Assembly: GCA_028704885.1 (NCBI GenBank)
Contig: JAQWEN010000001.1
Coordinates: forward strand, 286,679 to 350,678
DNA: 64,000 nt
Direction of reading: 5' to 3'
Source: Candidatus Shapirobacteria bacterium
GTDB taxonomy: Bacteria; Patescibacteriota; Microgenomatia; UBA12405
This document shows positions 38,361-47,032 of the stretch, piece after piece. Positions within the stretch are counted from its first letter, which is position 1. Each line of letters starts with the position of its first letter. The translations under genes were made by a program, and so were the position numbers. The notes under the pieces were generated by a model that was not told where the DNA came from, made no database searches, and saw nothing but the letters and a program-made list of their open reading frames with translations.

Positions 38361-39238
38361 TATTTGTTTTGTGGGTGATTGGCAACAAATTCTTTAATGT
38401 AATCGAGAATATCAACAGTTGTATTCCAACCGAGTTCTTCACGAGCTTTGTTGGGGGCTTCTCCGGATTCAGTTCGGCCTGGATAACCATCAATATAATT
38501 TATTGGTCCACCAAAAGCTTGGGCTATTTCGGTTATTGAATATTCTTTGATATTTCCCAATGTATAGCCGTCACCGTTGCCTTTTTCGGCGGTTAAAATA
38601 ATACCTCGAGCTAAATCGCCAACATAGGTAAAATTGCGTTTTTGAGTTCCGGGTTTAATCACAGTAAAAGGTTCATTATTGAGATATTGTTGTTCAAATT
38701 TAGCAATTAAAGTGGCGTATTTACTGGTACCTTTTTCTCTTGGTCCAAAAGCGTTATAAAAATAACAAATGGCGTAGGGCAGATTGTACCAATGGCCATA
38801 GTTATTAATAAGATCAACATTCATGGCTTTGGAAAAAGAATAAGGATTAGCATTGCGTTCCTCACCGTTAGTAGCAAATTTAGTGGAAGATGCGGCATAA
38901 ACTAATTTACCAACACCCTTTTTTCGACAAAATTCAACAACAGCAAAGGTTCCGACAATATTTTGGTCATAAACTTTTTCAATATCATCAAAAGATGGGG
39001 TAATCCTGGCATATTCACCTAAATGAAAAACAATATTTGGAGTTTCAGGGATTAATTTGTCAATATCTTTGGTATGACCTTCGCGATATTCAGCTCCAAT
39101 AATATGATTATCTTTACTGCCATTGGAATAATTATCGAGAGAAATTATCTTGTCTTCGGGATTTTTTTGAATTAATTGTTCGATGATATGAGAACCGACG
39201 TGGCCGGCGCCACCAGTAACGAGAATTATTTTAGACAT
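38360..39238 (-). CDS. NAD-dependent sugar-nucleotide epimerase/dehydratase
   Basis: Rossmann GxxGxxG (VTGGAGHVGSH) and YxxxK-type SDR core. Confidence 0.7.
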   Translation of the reverse strand: MSKIILVTGGAGHVGSHIIEQLIQKNPEDKIISLDNYSNGSKDNHIIGAEYREGHTKDIDKLIPETPNIVFHLGEYARITPSFDDIEKVYDQNIVGTFAVVEFCRKKGVGKLVYAASSTKFATNGEERNANPYSFSKAMNVDLINNYGHWYNLPYAICYFYNAFGPREKGTSKYATLIAKFEQQYLNNEPFTVIKPGTQKRNFTYVGDLARGIILTAEKGNGDGYTLGNIKEYSITEIAQAFGGPINYIDGYPGRTESGEAPNKAREELGWNTTVDILDYIKEFVANHPQNK

Positions 39239-39246
39239 ATGATTAA

Positions 39247-40344
39247 TTATAACCTACCAAGCCAATCAATTTTGAGTTTTTCAAAAGTGCCGTCTTTTAG
39301 TGCATTGCGAATAAGCTGGGTAGTGTGAGTCATAAAATAGATATTGTGAAGAGACATTAGTCGGTAGCCTAAAAGTTCCTGGGTTTTAAAGAGATGGTGA
39401 ATGTAAGCTTTGTCGTATTTTTGACAAGTGGGACATTGACAATCCTTATCAAGAGTTGTTTGGTCATTTTTGTATTTGATGTGCATAATCTGATCTTTAA
39501 ATCGGTTTTTTAGATTAAATTTAGCATTGCCGGTGCGATGTAAAAATTGACCGCCGCGAGCCATACGGGTAGGAAGAGTGCAATCCATAGAGGTAATCCC
39601 CTGCCCAAAGAAATCAAAAAGATCATCAACTTCACCAACTCCTAATAAATGAATTGGTTTGCCGGTTTTAAGAGCATAAGGCAAAACCCATTCAACAGCT
39701 TGACGCATTTTGTCTTTTGGTTCGCCAACAGAAACCCCACCAATGGCGATACCGTCAAAATCTTGAGAACAAATAAATTCGGCTGATTGCTGTCGTAAAT
39801 CTTTATAATAACTACCCTGAATAACTCCGTATAATTTTAAATCTTGATTAAGTTTTTTGTTTAATTTTTTGTGTTCAATTAAGGACCTGACTGCCCAACG
39901 ATGGGTACGGTCTAAAGCTTGTTGAGCATATTCTTTGGTGGCTGGATAGGGAGTACATTCATCGAAAGCGATAATATTGTCAGCGCCAAGATTATGTTGA
40001 ATTTGAATTGATTTTTCAGGAGTAAAAAAATGGAGAGCGCCGTCGAGGTGAGATCGAAATTCGACACCGTCTTCGGAAATTTTGATTAAAGAACCGGCGC
40101 CGTTATGGTCTTTACCAAGAGAAAAAACTTGAAAACCACCGGAATCGGTGATCAATTGACCGTCCCATCGGGTAAATTTATGAAGTCCGCCAAATTTTTT
40201 AATAGCTTTATCACCGGGACGAAGATATAAATGATAGGTATTACAAAAGAAAATTTCCACACCAATGGCTTTTAAATCTTCTGGAGTTAGTGATTTGACC
40301 GTGGCTTGAGTACCAACCGGAACAAAAGTAGGTTCTTTTAACAT
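39247..40344 (-). CDS. tgt: queuine tRNA-ribosyltransferase (tRNA-guanine transglycosylase)
   Basis: Zinc site CQCPTCQ...HH and TIM-barrel Tgt motifs (LGVGEVDD). Confidence 0.85.
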   Translation of the reverse strand: MLKEPTFVPVGTQATVKSLTPEDLKAIGVEIFFCNTYHLYLRPGDKAIKKFGGLHKFTRWDGQLITDSGGFQVFSLGKDHNGAGSLIKISEDGVEFRSHLDGALHFFTPEKSIQIQHNLGADNIIAFDECTPYPATKEYAQQALDRTHRWAVRSLIEHKKLNKKLNQDLKLYGVIQGSYYKDLRQQSAEFICSQDFDGIAIGGVSVGEPKDKMRQAVEWVLPYALKTGKPIHLLGVGEVDDLFDFFGQGITSMDCTLPTRMARGGQFLHRTGNAKFNLKNRFKDQIMHIKYKNDQTTLDKDCQCPTCQKYDKAYIHHLFKTQELLGYRLMSLHNIYFMTHTTQLIRNALKDGTFEKLKIDWLGRL

Positions 40345-40362
40345 GGGGTAATTATATCAATA

Positions 40363-40851
40363 TTAAATTATTTGTTGCCATCGACCATTAGAAATGGTTG
40401 GAGTTTTAAAACCAATTGGGTTTTTTAAATATAATTGGTTTGGATGTTCTAATAAAATTTCCGTCTCTTCTAATTTTTTTATTTCAATTCTTTCACCATT
40501 TTTTCCTGGGGAATGGATATATTCTTGATTATTAATCATAATTCCAACATGTCTGGGAACTAAGCCGTTTCTACTAAAAAAGACTAAATCTCCTTGGCGG
40601 GGTATATGAGTTAATACTCCAAAATGATCAAAAAATTCACTGGCGTGTCTTATTTCTCCTGGTACAGAAATACCAGATTTCTGTAAAACATATTTAACAA
40701 AACCAGAACAGTCGAAGCCAGTTTCAAAAGAACAACCTAATTGATGATCTTCATTATCTTTTGGATGATTACGCGAATTAAAACCGACCAATTTTAGGGC
40801 TTCATTGACAATAGTTTCTCGGAAATGATTTTGGGGTTCTTTCTCATACAT
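40363..40851 (-). CDS. NlpC/P60 (C40) family peptidase
   Basis: Catalytic Cys motif GFDCSGFVKYVL and a downstream His (RHVGIM). Confidence 0.6.
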   Translation of the reverse strand: MYEKEPQNHFRETIVNEALKLVGFNSRNHPKDNEDHQLGCSFETGFDCSGFVKYVLQKSGISVPGEIRHASEFFDHFGVLTHIPRQGDLVFFSRNGLVPRHVGIMINNQEYIHSPGKNGERIEIKKLEETEILLEHPNQLYLKNPIGFKTPTISNGRWQQII

Positions 40852-40873
40852 TTGATGGAATTAATTAAAAATT

Positions 40874-40947
40874 GGAGCGGGTAGGGGGAATCGGACCCCC
40901 GCCGAAAGATTGGAAATCTCTCGTTCTACCACTAAACTATACCCGCA
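40874..40947 (-). tRNA. tRNA-Gly (anticodon TCC), CCA encoded
   Basis: Minus-strand cloverleaf: acceptor GCGGGTA/TACCCGC, anticodon loop TTTCCAA, 3' ...TCCA. Confidence 0.75.
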
Positions 40948-40955
40948 GATTTTGT

Positions 40956-41029
40956 CGGGGATACAGGATTCGAACCTGCAACCTCACGCTCCCAAAGCGT
41001 GCACGCTAGCCAATTGCGCCAATCCCCGC
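40956..41029 (-). tRNA. tRNA-Pro (anticodon TGG)
   Basis: Acceptor CGGGGAT/ATCCCCG, anticodon loop TTTGGGA, T-loop TTCGAAT. Confidence 0.75.
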
Positions 41030-41067
41030 CTTCGCTGAAGCTTCGGCGGGTAAACCCGCTTCTACTT

Positions 41068-41155
41068 TGGTGCCGCAGGAGGGAATCGAACCCCCACGCT
41101 TGTTGAGAGCACAAGATTTTAAGTCTTGCGTGTATACCAGTTTCACCACTGCGGC
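41068..41155 (-). tRNA. tRNA-Leu (anticodon TAA), class II, CCA encoded
   Basis: Acceptor GCCGCAG/CTGCGGC, anticodon loop CTTAAAA, long variable arm, 3' ACCA. Confidence 0.75.
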
Positions 41156-41234
41156 AAACATTGTGTCAGTATTATATCAATTTTAGATAAAATGGGTATA
41201 AATAATTTTAATGATATTGGTATAATTGGCCTAA

Positions 41235-41316
41235 GCCAAGGTGTTGAAATTGGTATACAAGCATCGCTCAGAACGGTGTGTCGTAAGACTTGTGGGTTCA
41301 AGTCCCACCCTTGGCA
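41235..41316 (+). tRNA. tRNA-Leu (anticodon CAG), class II
   Basis: Acceptor GCCAAGG/CCTTGGC, anticodon loop CTCAGAA. The D-arm is identical to that of tRNA-Leu(TAG) at 34131. Confidence 0.75.
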
Positions 41317-41366
41317 CTTAATTCTTTAGTTTTAGTGTAAAGTTGTTTATAATAAGGACACTTCTA

Positions 41367-41439
41367 GCCGAAGTAGCCAAGATGGTCACGGCACTGGTCT
41401 GAAAAACCTGGGATGTCAGTTCGAGTCTGACCTTCGGCA
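41367..41439 (+). tRNA. tRNA-Phe (anticodon GAA) with a U-U mismatch in the anticodon stem
   Basis: Acceptor GCCGAAG/CTTCGGC, anticodon loop CTGAAAA, 4-nt variable region. Stem CTGGT/ACCTG has one T-T mismatch. Confidence 0.6.
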
Positions 41440-41463
41440 CAAATTGATATAATATATAGATAT

Positions 41464-41536
41464 GCGAGAGTAGCTCAATTGGTGGAGCGTCTCCTTGCCA
41501 AGGAGAAGGTCGCGGGTTCGAATCCCGTCTCTCGCT
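41464..41536 (+). tRNA. tRNA-Gly (anticodon GCC)
   Basis: Acceptor GCGAGAG/CTCTCGC, anticodon loop TTGCCAA, discriminator U. Confidence 0.8.
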
Positions 41537-41556
41537 CACTTTATTTAGACCCTGAG

Positions 41557-41629
41557 GGCCACTTAGCTCAGTTGGTAGAGCGCTTCGTTTACATCGAAGA
41601 TGTCGGGGGTCCGAGTCCCTCAGTGGCCA
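41557..41629 (+). tRNA. tRNA-Val (anticodon TAC)
   Basis: Acceptor GGCCACT/AGTGGCC, anticodon loop TTTACAT. Confidence 0.8.
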
Positions 41630-41638
41630 CAACAACTT

Positions 41639-41720
41639 GCCGATGTGGTGAAATTGGTATACACGTACGCTTGAGGTGCGTATGCCGCAAGGTGTGGGGG
41701 TTCAAGTCCCTCCATCGGCA
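41639..41720 (+). tRNA. tRNA-Leu (anticodon GAG), class II
   Basis: Acceptor GCCGATG/CATCGGC, anticodon loop TTGAGGT, long variable arm. Confidence 0.75.
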
Positions 41721-41731
41721 CATAAAGACAA

Positions 41732-41802
41732 TGCCCCGTCGTCTAATGGTAGGACATCAGCCTTTGGAGCTGAGTACTGTGGTTCGAATCCATGCGGGGC
41801 AA
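41732..41802 (+). tRNA. tRNA-Gln (anticodon TTG)
   Basis: U1-A72 acceptor TGCCCCG/CGGGGCA, anticodon stem-loop TCAGC-CTTTGGA-GCTGA. Confidence 0.7.
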
Positions 41803-41817
41803 CAAAAATAAAAATCT

Positions 41818-42285
41818 ATGATTTGGAAGAAACCTCATATCTCAAAAATTTACGAAGCATTGACGGCGATTGCTGACGATATGTTAGAAATAAATGGAAA
41901 TAAGGCCAAATGTTATTTGTCATCTGGTGATAAATTTTACGATATTCAATATGACCCAATAAATAGCAGTATTATGTCGAATGATAATACAGCTTTCTAT
42001 ACTTATTCTTTAAGTTATCCAATGATCGCCTATTTAATGTTAATTAATAAAATCCCCTATGAAAGAAAATTATTAGAAATTTTAAAAGATATTTGTTGGG
42101 AAAATATTAATAAAAAATTTAAAAATGATTATGATAAGTCAATTAAATTAGTTTTAGGGGAATTAAAAAGTGAAGGTGAAAATGTTGATTTTATTAGAGA
42201 AGAAATACAGAAAATATATAATTTTGTTTGTAAATTGGAAATAAAAACTTTAGGAAAATTACAAAAACCATTAAGAGAATATTAA
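41818..42285 (+). CDS. hypothetical protein
   Basis: 155-aa ORF starting 16 nt after tRNA-Gln, with no recognisable motif. Confidence 0.4.
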   Translation: MIWKKPHISKIYEALTAIADDMLEINGNKAKCYLSSGDKFYDIQYDPINSSIMSNDNTAFYTYSLSYPMIAYLMLINKIPYERKLLEILKDICWENINKKFKNDYDKSIKLVLGELKSEGENVDFIREEIQKIYNFVCKLEIKTLGKLQKPLREY

Positions 42286-42319
42286 AATATTGGTCTGTTC
42301 AGGGTGTAAAATCTAAAAC

Positions 42320-43030
42320 ATGGCGCCAAAAAAGAAATGGTTAAAATTTGATCTTCATATGCACACGTCTAGAAGTGATGGAAAGAATAGCGTTAAAGAA
42401 ATGTTAATGACGGCAAAAAGAAGAGGTTTGGATGTGGTGGCAATAACTGATCATAATTTGCCAAATAAATTTAACCCAGAAAAAATTTTTGAAAAATATG
42501 GAATATATGTGATTCCTGGATGTGAATTATCCGTTTTGAACGGCCATATTTTAGTGTTGGGTTTGGATCCAAAATTAGTCGAAGAGAAATTAAAACAATA
42601 TAAAATTAGAGAAAAAACTTCCTCAATTGTAATAAGAAAAAAAACAATAATAAAAATATTGGAATATTTTGTAGAAAATGGTGCATTAATAATAGCAGCT
42701 CATCCAAAAATACCGTCGGGAGTGATGTCGTTGAAAGGTAATTTTTTAATGAATCTTTATAAAAAAGGTTTGATTCATGGAGCAGAAACTCACAATGATG
42801 ACTTGGAAAAAAAGTTTAAGAGAAAATTTTATTTGGTTTGGCATAAATTGGCTAAAAATTTTATGTTAAGATCGGGAATTCCTCCCTATGCAAACAGTGA
42901 TGCTCACTTTAAAAATAGAATTGGAAACAGATTTAATATGGTTAAATTGGATGATCCAACTAAACTTTTAGAAGTTTTAAAAAAAGGAAAAATCGAGATC
43001 AGGCATGGAACCAGAAGTGATCTAAGTTAA
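42320..43030 (+). CDS. PHP-domain metal-dependent phosphoesterase
   Basis: PHP motifs FDLHMHTSRSDG and DVVAITDHN, plus later His/Asp clusters (AAHP, SDAH). Confidence 0.65.
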   Translation: MAPKKKWLKFDLHMHTSRSDGKNSVKEMLMTAKRRGLDVVAITDHNLPNKFNPEKIFEKYGIYVIPGCELSVLNGHILVLGLDPKLVEEKLKQYKIREKTSSIVIRKKTIIKILEYFVENGALIIAAHPKIPSGVMSLKGNFLMNLYKKGLIHGAETHNDDLEKKFKRKFYLVWHKLAKNFMLRSGIPPYANSDAHFKNRIGNRFNMVKLDDPTKLLEVLKKGKIEIRHGTRSDLS

Positions 43031-43031
43031 T

Positions 43032-43250
43032 TTATTTTTTAATAGAAGATGAAGGAGTGGCAGAGGGAGCAATTTGAGCTGATTGAGTGGCTGGAATAGG
43101 AGTTGGAAGAACTAATGGTTCAGCTTCGAGTCTTTTTAAAATTGTCCAATCAATACTTTTATAGGACAAATAGCCGGCATAGAGCAGAAATCCAAACAAA
43201 ACAAAGACAATAGTGTTGCCAATATAATCTGGTTTTTTGTTTTTTTCCAT
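43032..43250 (-). CDS. small membrane protein (hypothetical)
   Basis: 72 aa with one TM segment and a Pro/Ala/Thr-rich tail. Confidence 0.35.
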   Translation of the reverse strand: MEKNKKPDYIGNTIVFVLFGFLLYAGYLSYKSIDWTILKRLEAEPLVLPTPIPATQSAQIAPSATPSSSIKK

Positions 43251-43254
43251 AATT

Positions 43255-44592
43255 TTATTTTACCCTGGTTATGGTGTAAGTGTTAGGGTAAGACAAGAAA
43301 ATAGCTGGTGATTCTTCTAGAAGATATTTTTGAAAATCTTGATAAATACTTTTCCTTTCTAATTGATCAATTACAAATCGACCATCTTCTAAGAGTTTAT
43401 CAATACGAGAATCGTTAAGTTTAGTTAAATTACTTTTTGTTTGAGTAGAATGCCAAAATAAATATTGATCAGGGTCGTGAGGAATAGAACCGTAAGTTAG
43501 AATAGCGTCAAAATTTTCAGTGTCTATTTGGCTTTCAATAGTTATATTAGTTTTTAATTTTAAAATATCTTCCCAAGATTTTTTTATTTCTTCAGCTACT
43601 GGTAATAATCTTCTGTCTCCTACTGTGAGATTAATAGTATCAATTTTATTGTTTTCAAAAAGTTCTTTAGCTCGGGTGGCATTAAAATTGTATTCTTTAA
43701 CGGTGGAATTATAAGCCCAAGATTCGGGAGAAATAGGACCTAAACATCTTTCATTTTTATCTTTAGTTTTAGGAGTAGCATAGGCTAGAGCTTGGCGTAA
43801 TTGTTTATTATTAATTTTTTGAGTATTTAAAAATATAGCCGAATATTTTTGATTAGTTTCAATTTCTTGGTTTATTTTGCTTTTACTCCAATTAGATAAT
43901 TCTGGAGGAAGAGAAGTAATTTTAATTTTATTAACATCACCTAATTTATAGGCATTAATTAAGTCATTTTCATTTTGGTAAAAACGATAGATAAGACGAG
44001 GAAGATTATCTTTAATGGGAACTAAATAAAGAGTTTTTAAATGGCCTTCTTGAAGTGAATAATTTTTTATTTTATAAGGCCCTAGACCAATAGTATTTAT
44101 TTTGAATAAAGGTTTACTTAAAACTGAAAGAACTGGAGAGAATTGTTTTTCCAGGCTAATTTTTACTTTGTTTTCGCTTAAAGTAGAAACTTTTATACCG
44201 GAAATTGACGAATAATCTATGTCACTGCTAATTAATTTTTTACCGTTATGCCAAAAAATATTATCTTTAAGAGTAAAGATATAATCTTTATTCTCGTTTT
44301 CAATATTTAGTGATTCGACTATTGGAGATATACCAGTTTTGTCATTTTCAGAATTAATAGTTAAACCAAAACTAATCTGATTAACAATTTCTTCTGGAAG
44401 ATTTTTGAGAGTATATAAACCTTCAATTCCAATAGTTTCTTTTTTAAAAATAGGCAAATTAATAAATTTAGTTATTTCACTTTTAAAGTAAATAGCACAA
44501 AAACCAACACTGATCCCTATCAGGATAATCCAAATTCTCCTTCTGATAAAAGAAAAAAAATACTCGATTTTGAAATGAATTTTAGTGAACAA
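43255..44592 (-). CDS. family 5 extracellular solute-binding protein (peptide/nickel ABC-type SBP), membrane-anchored orphan
   Basis: N-terminal TM anchor. SBP_bac_5-like segments (NIFWHNGKK, ALAYATPK, FWHSTQT). No adjacent permease or ATPase genes. Confidence 0.55.
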   Translation of the reverse strand: MFTKIHFKIEYFFSFIRRRIWIILIGISVGFCAIYFKSEITKFINLPIFKKETIGIEGLYTLKNLPEEIVNQISFGLTINSENDKTGISPIVESLNIENENKDYIFTLKDNIFWHNGKKLISSDIDYSSISGIKVSTLSENKVKISLEKQFSPVLSVLSKPLFKINTIGLGPYKIKNYSLQEGHLKTLYLVPIKDNLPRLIYRFYQNENDLINAYKLGDVNKIKITSLPPELSNWSKSKINQEIETNQKYSAIFLNTQKINNKQLRQALAYATPKTKDKNERCLGPISPESWAYNSTVKEYNFNATRAKELFENNKIDTINLTVGDRRLLPVAEEIKKSWEDILKLKTNITIESQIDTENFDAILTYGSIPHDPDQYLFWHSTQTKSNLTKLNDSRIDKLLEDGRFVIDQLERKSIYQDFQKYLLEESPAIFLSYPNTYTITRVK

Positions 44593-44598
44593 GGTTGT

Positions 44599-44811
44599 TT
44601 AGATAAGGGTTTGGATAATTGATGAAATTAAAAAAATGACAATGATAAAAATAGTAAAATTAAACATAACTTTTTCCCAACCTCTCTTTTCAACAGTGGT
44701 TGATGAAAGAATGTTGGATCCAGATTCAGTATCGCCATTTGATTGAAGAAAAATGAGAGTGCTTAGTAAAATTGAGAGAACTATTTGGATAATGACTAGA
44801 GTGTTTTTCAT
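44599..44811 (-). CDS. secG: SecG-like preprotein translocase subunit
   Basis: 70 aa with two TM segments, an LxxLLQ motif after TM1 and a Gly/Ser-rich loop. Confidence 0.45.
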   Translation of the reverse strand: MKNTLVIIQIVLSILLSTLIFLQSNGDTESGSNILSSTTVEKRGWEKVMFNFTIFIIVIFLISSIIQTLI

Positions 44812-45203
44812 TTTTTAGGTTTGCTTTTATGCAAAATTAGATTATAAATATATAAAATTATACCAATAGTGAAGGAACTTAATAAATAAGCCCAAAAATT
44901 ATTGACCTGGTAATTATACTGAGATATATAAATATTACCTACTTGGAAATCGGAAAGAAAGAAAACAGCTAAATAGAGACCTAAAGTGTCAATAACCACT
45001 CTAAATAATCCTAAGGTTAGGATATTAATAGGGATAAGTAAAATTTTTATAATTGGTTTTAAAAGAAGTTCAAAAACAGTTAAGACAATGGCAACTTTAA
45101 TAATTGTCAAAGGAATTTTTTCGAAAGATAAATTTTGCCAAATTTGATTAGCGGTTATTAAAGAGAAAGTGAAAAGAATTATGTATCGAAGTACTTTTTT
45201 CAT
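44808..45203 (-). CDS. hypothetical polytopic membrane protein
   Basis: 131 aa with 3-4 predicted TM segments. Confidence 0.4.
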   Translation of the reverse strand: MKKVLRYIILFTFSLITANQIWQNLSFEKIPLTIIKVAIVLTVFELLLKPIIKILLIPINILTLGLFRVVIDTLGLYLAVFFLSDFQVGNIYISQYNYQVNNFWAYLLSSFTIGIILYIYNLILHKSKPKK

Positions 45204-46963
45204 TTTTTATGTTTTTTGCTTGTTAATATTATACCGCCAAGGCCAAAAAAAGTAATGATTGAGCCGATAAAAATGGTTAAATTTAAATAATATTTTTGAT
45301 TAGAAAGAGAGAATTGTTGGATATTAGTATTGAGAGATTCTACTTTGATGTTAATTTTTCTATTTTGAGGATTAAGTGATTTTAAAATAGGAAAATTAGG
45401 AATATTAATTTCAATAGATGATAGTGGCGGTAATAAAGCAATTTCTTGTTGCCAGTTTAAATTAGCAATACTAATTTTTAAATTTGATAAAGAATTGTTG
45501 TTTTGATTTGAAATTTTAATAATTGTGGGCTGATAAATTTTGTTATTAAGAGAAGTAATCTTTAAATTTTCATATTTAGCTTTTAGTTCTTGAGTGGCAA
45601 ATTCAACTTCGACTGTTTTAATATTATGTTCATTTTTGTAAGCACCAGGAGGTAGAGGTTTTTCACTGTCTAGACCGTGGAAAACAAAAGCAAAGTGATT
45701 AGGATCTAGGTCGTTAAAATAATCGACACCGTTGGTAGTTTTTTCCCAGGTAGGATCGACAGAAATCCAAGCTTGTTTATTTTGATCATAATATTGAGGC
45801 CAAGCATGAAGAATATCAGCATTAGTATTAATAGGTTTAATTTTTGAATTATTAGTGTAGGCAAAACCTTGAACTTCACGAGCTGGAATATCTTTAGCTC
45901 TGGCTAATGTTACAAAAAGATCGGTAAAATCAGTACAAATAGATGAATTTGGTGAAAGAAGAGTTTGTAAGGCACCTTTTCGATTGGAAGCATTGATGGC
46001 GGTGTAATCGTAATTTAAGGTGTTGACGACGTAGTTATAAATATCTTTAATGTTTTTTAAAGATTCGGCTATTTGCTTAATAGATGAATCGTTTATCGGC
46101 CAAAAATTTTGGGTTTTTAAATAATTTTTATTATCAATTATGGCTTTAATGGTGTTGGGGATAATTTTGGCTTGACCAGAGACATCAATTTCGATTTCTT
46201 GATTATTGGATAATTTATATTGAGCTAACCAGTTGCCATCGGGATCAACTTTAATATTAAAGGGAGGTGGTGAAATTTCTTTATAAACTATTTTTTGATT
46301 ATCAGTTTCGGGGGGGATAGCAATTTCTAGAGTTTTGCTTTGATTACTATCATTTTTTAGAAAGTATTTAAAATGAAAATCAAAAAGTTGATAATTACCA
46401 AAAATTAAAAATATTTTTTGATTAGCATTGTTAAAAAATATTTGAGTCTGATTATTTAGAGGAATAATATTTTGGGGATTTGAAGAGGAAAAAGAAAGAT
46501 TACCAAAAGCACTGGGAACAAAAACTGTAACTTCGTTGGTGTCAGTTGATTTAATACTTTGGTTTTCAGGGATAGGAATTTCCCAAATACTCCCCTTTTG
46601 AGTGGCAAGATTGGGAATTGTATAATTTAAATTAAATTTAGTAATTTGATCTTTACCTAAATGGCTTTCATTAAATTTGAGATAGATGATATTAGAATCG
46701 TCTTGTCTCTCAACTTTTTGAATAATATTGCCCTGGCTGTCAGTGCCGGTGATTTTTTGAAGTTCTGGTCCGGTTAAGATAAGCTGATAAGTGGTGGGAT
46801 AAATTTCAGAAAGATTGTTAATTAGTTGAATTTCTTGGTTAATGACGACATTGCCTTGATTATCAAATTGGTAATTAATTTTTTGAACAGTTCGAAATTC
46901 GTCGATAGCTTTGACGGGATTTAAGGAAAAAAGAAAAAAAACGATTAAAAGAAATAGAAACAT
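45200..46963 (-). CDS. transglutaminase-like domain protein, secreted with C-terminal TM anchor
   Basis: Signal peptide. Transglutaminase-like Cys region SICTDFTDLFVTLARAKDIPAREVQGFAY. C-terminal hydrophobic segment followed by KKHKK. Confidence 0.55.
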   Translation of the reverse strand: MFLFLLIVFFLFSLNPVKAIDEFRTVQKINYQFDNQGNVVINQEIQLINNLSEIYPTTYQLILTGPELQKITGTDSQGNIIQKVERQDDSNIIYLKFNESHLGKDQITKFNLNYTIPNLATQKGSIWEIPIPENQSIKSTDTNEVTVFVPSAFGNLSFSSSNPQNIIPLNNQTQIFFNNANQKIFLIFGNYQLFDFHFKYFLKNDSNQSKTLEIAIPPETDNQKIVYKEISPPPFNIKVDPDGNWLAQYKLSNNQEIEIDVSGQAKIIPNTIKAIIDNKNYLKTQNFWPINDSSIKQIAESLKNIKDIYNYVVNTLNYDYTAINASNRKGALQTLLSPNSSICTDFTDLFVTLARAKDIPAREVQGFAYTNNSKIKPINTNADILHAWPQYYDQNKQAWISVDPTWEKTTNGVDYFNDLDPNHFAFVFHGLDSEKPLPPGAYKNEHNIKTVEVEFATQELKAKYENLKITSLNNKIYQPTIIKISNQNNNSLSNLKISIANLNWQQEIALLPPLSSIEINIPNFPILKSLNPQNRKINIKVESLNTNIQQFSLSNQKYYLNLTIFIGSIITFFGLGGIILTSKKHKK

Positions 46964-46966
46964 AGA

Positions 46967-46983
46967 GATATATTTAATATATC
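46967..46983. promoter_or_regulatory. perfect palindrome GATATATT-T-AATATATC upstream of lexA (candidate operator)
   Basis: 8-bp arms with a 1-nt centre, about 50 nt upstream of the lexA start and just upstream of a TTGACT-16-TAATAT promoter-like element at 46999-47026. Confidence 0.3.
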
Positions 46984-47032
46984 ATTAAATTTAAGTTATT
47001 GACTTCGGGTATTATTCGCGTAATATTTGTCT

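Noticed and set aside
40932-41876. Track ORFs 40932..41114, 41126..41329, 41318..41635, 41479..41811 and 41676..41876 across the nine-tRNA array
   Set aside because: All overlap tRNA genes on one strand or the other. Their translations (for example SNPRPSPWQG...) are tRNA-derived artefacts.
33821-43250. tRNA-flanked genomic island or prophage
   Set aside because: No integrase, transposase, direct-repeat attachment sites or compositional shift is visible. The intervening genes (tgt, MiaB-like, epimerase, GTPase) look like core functions.
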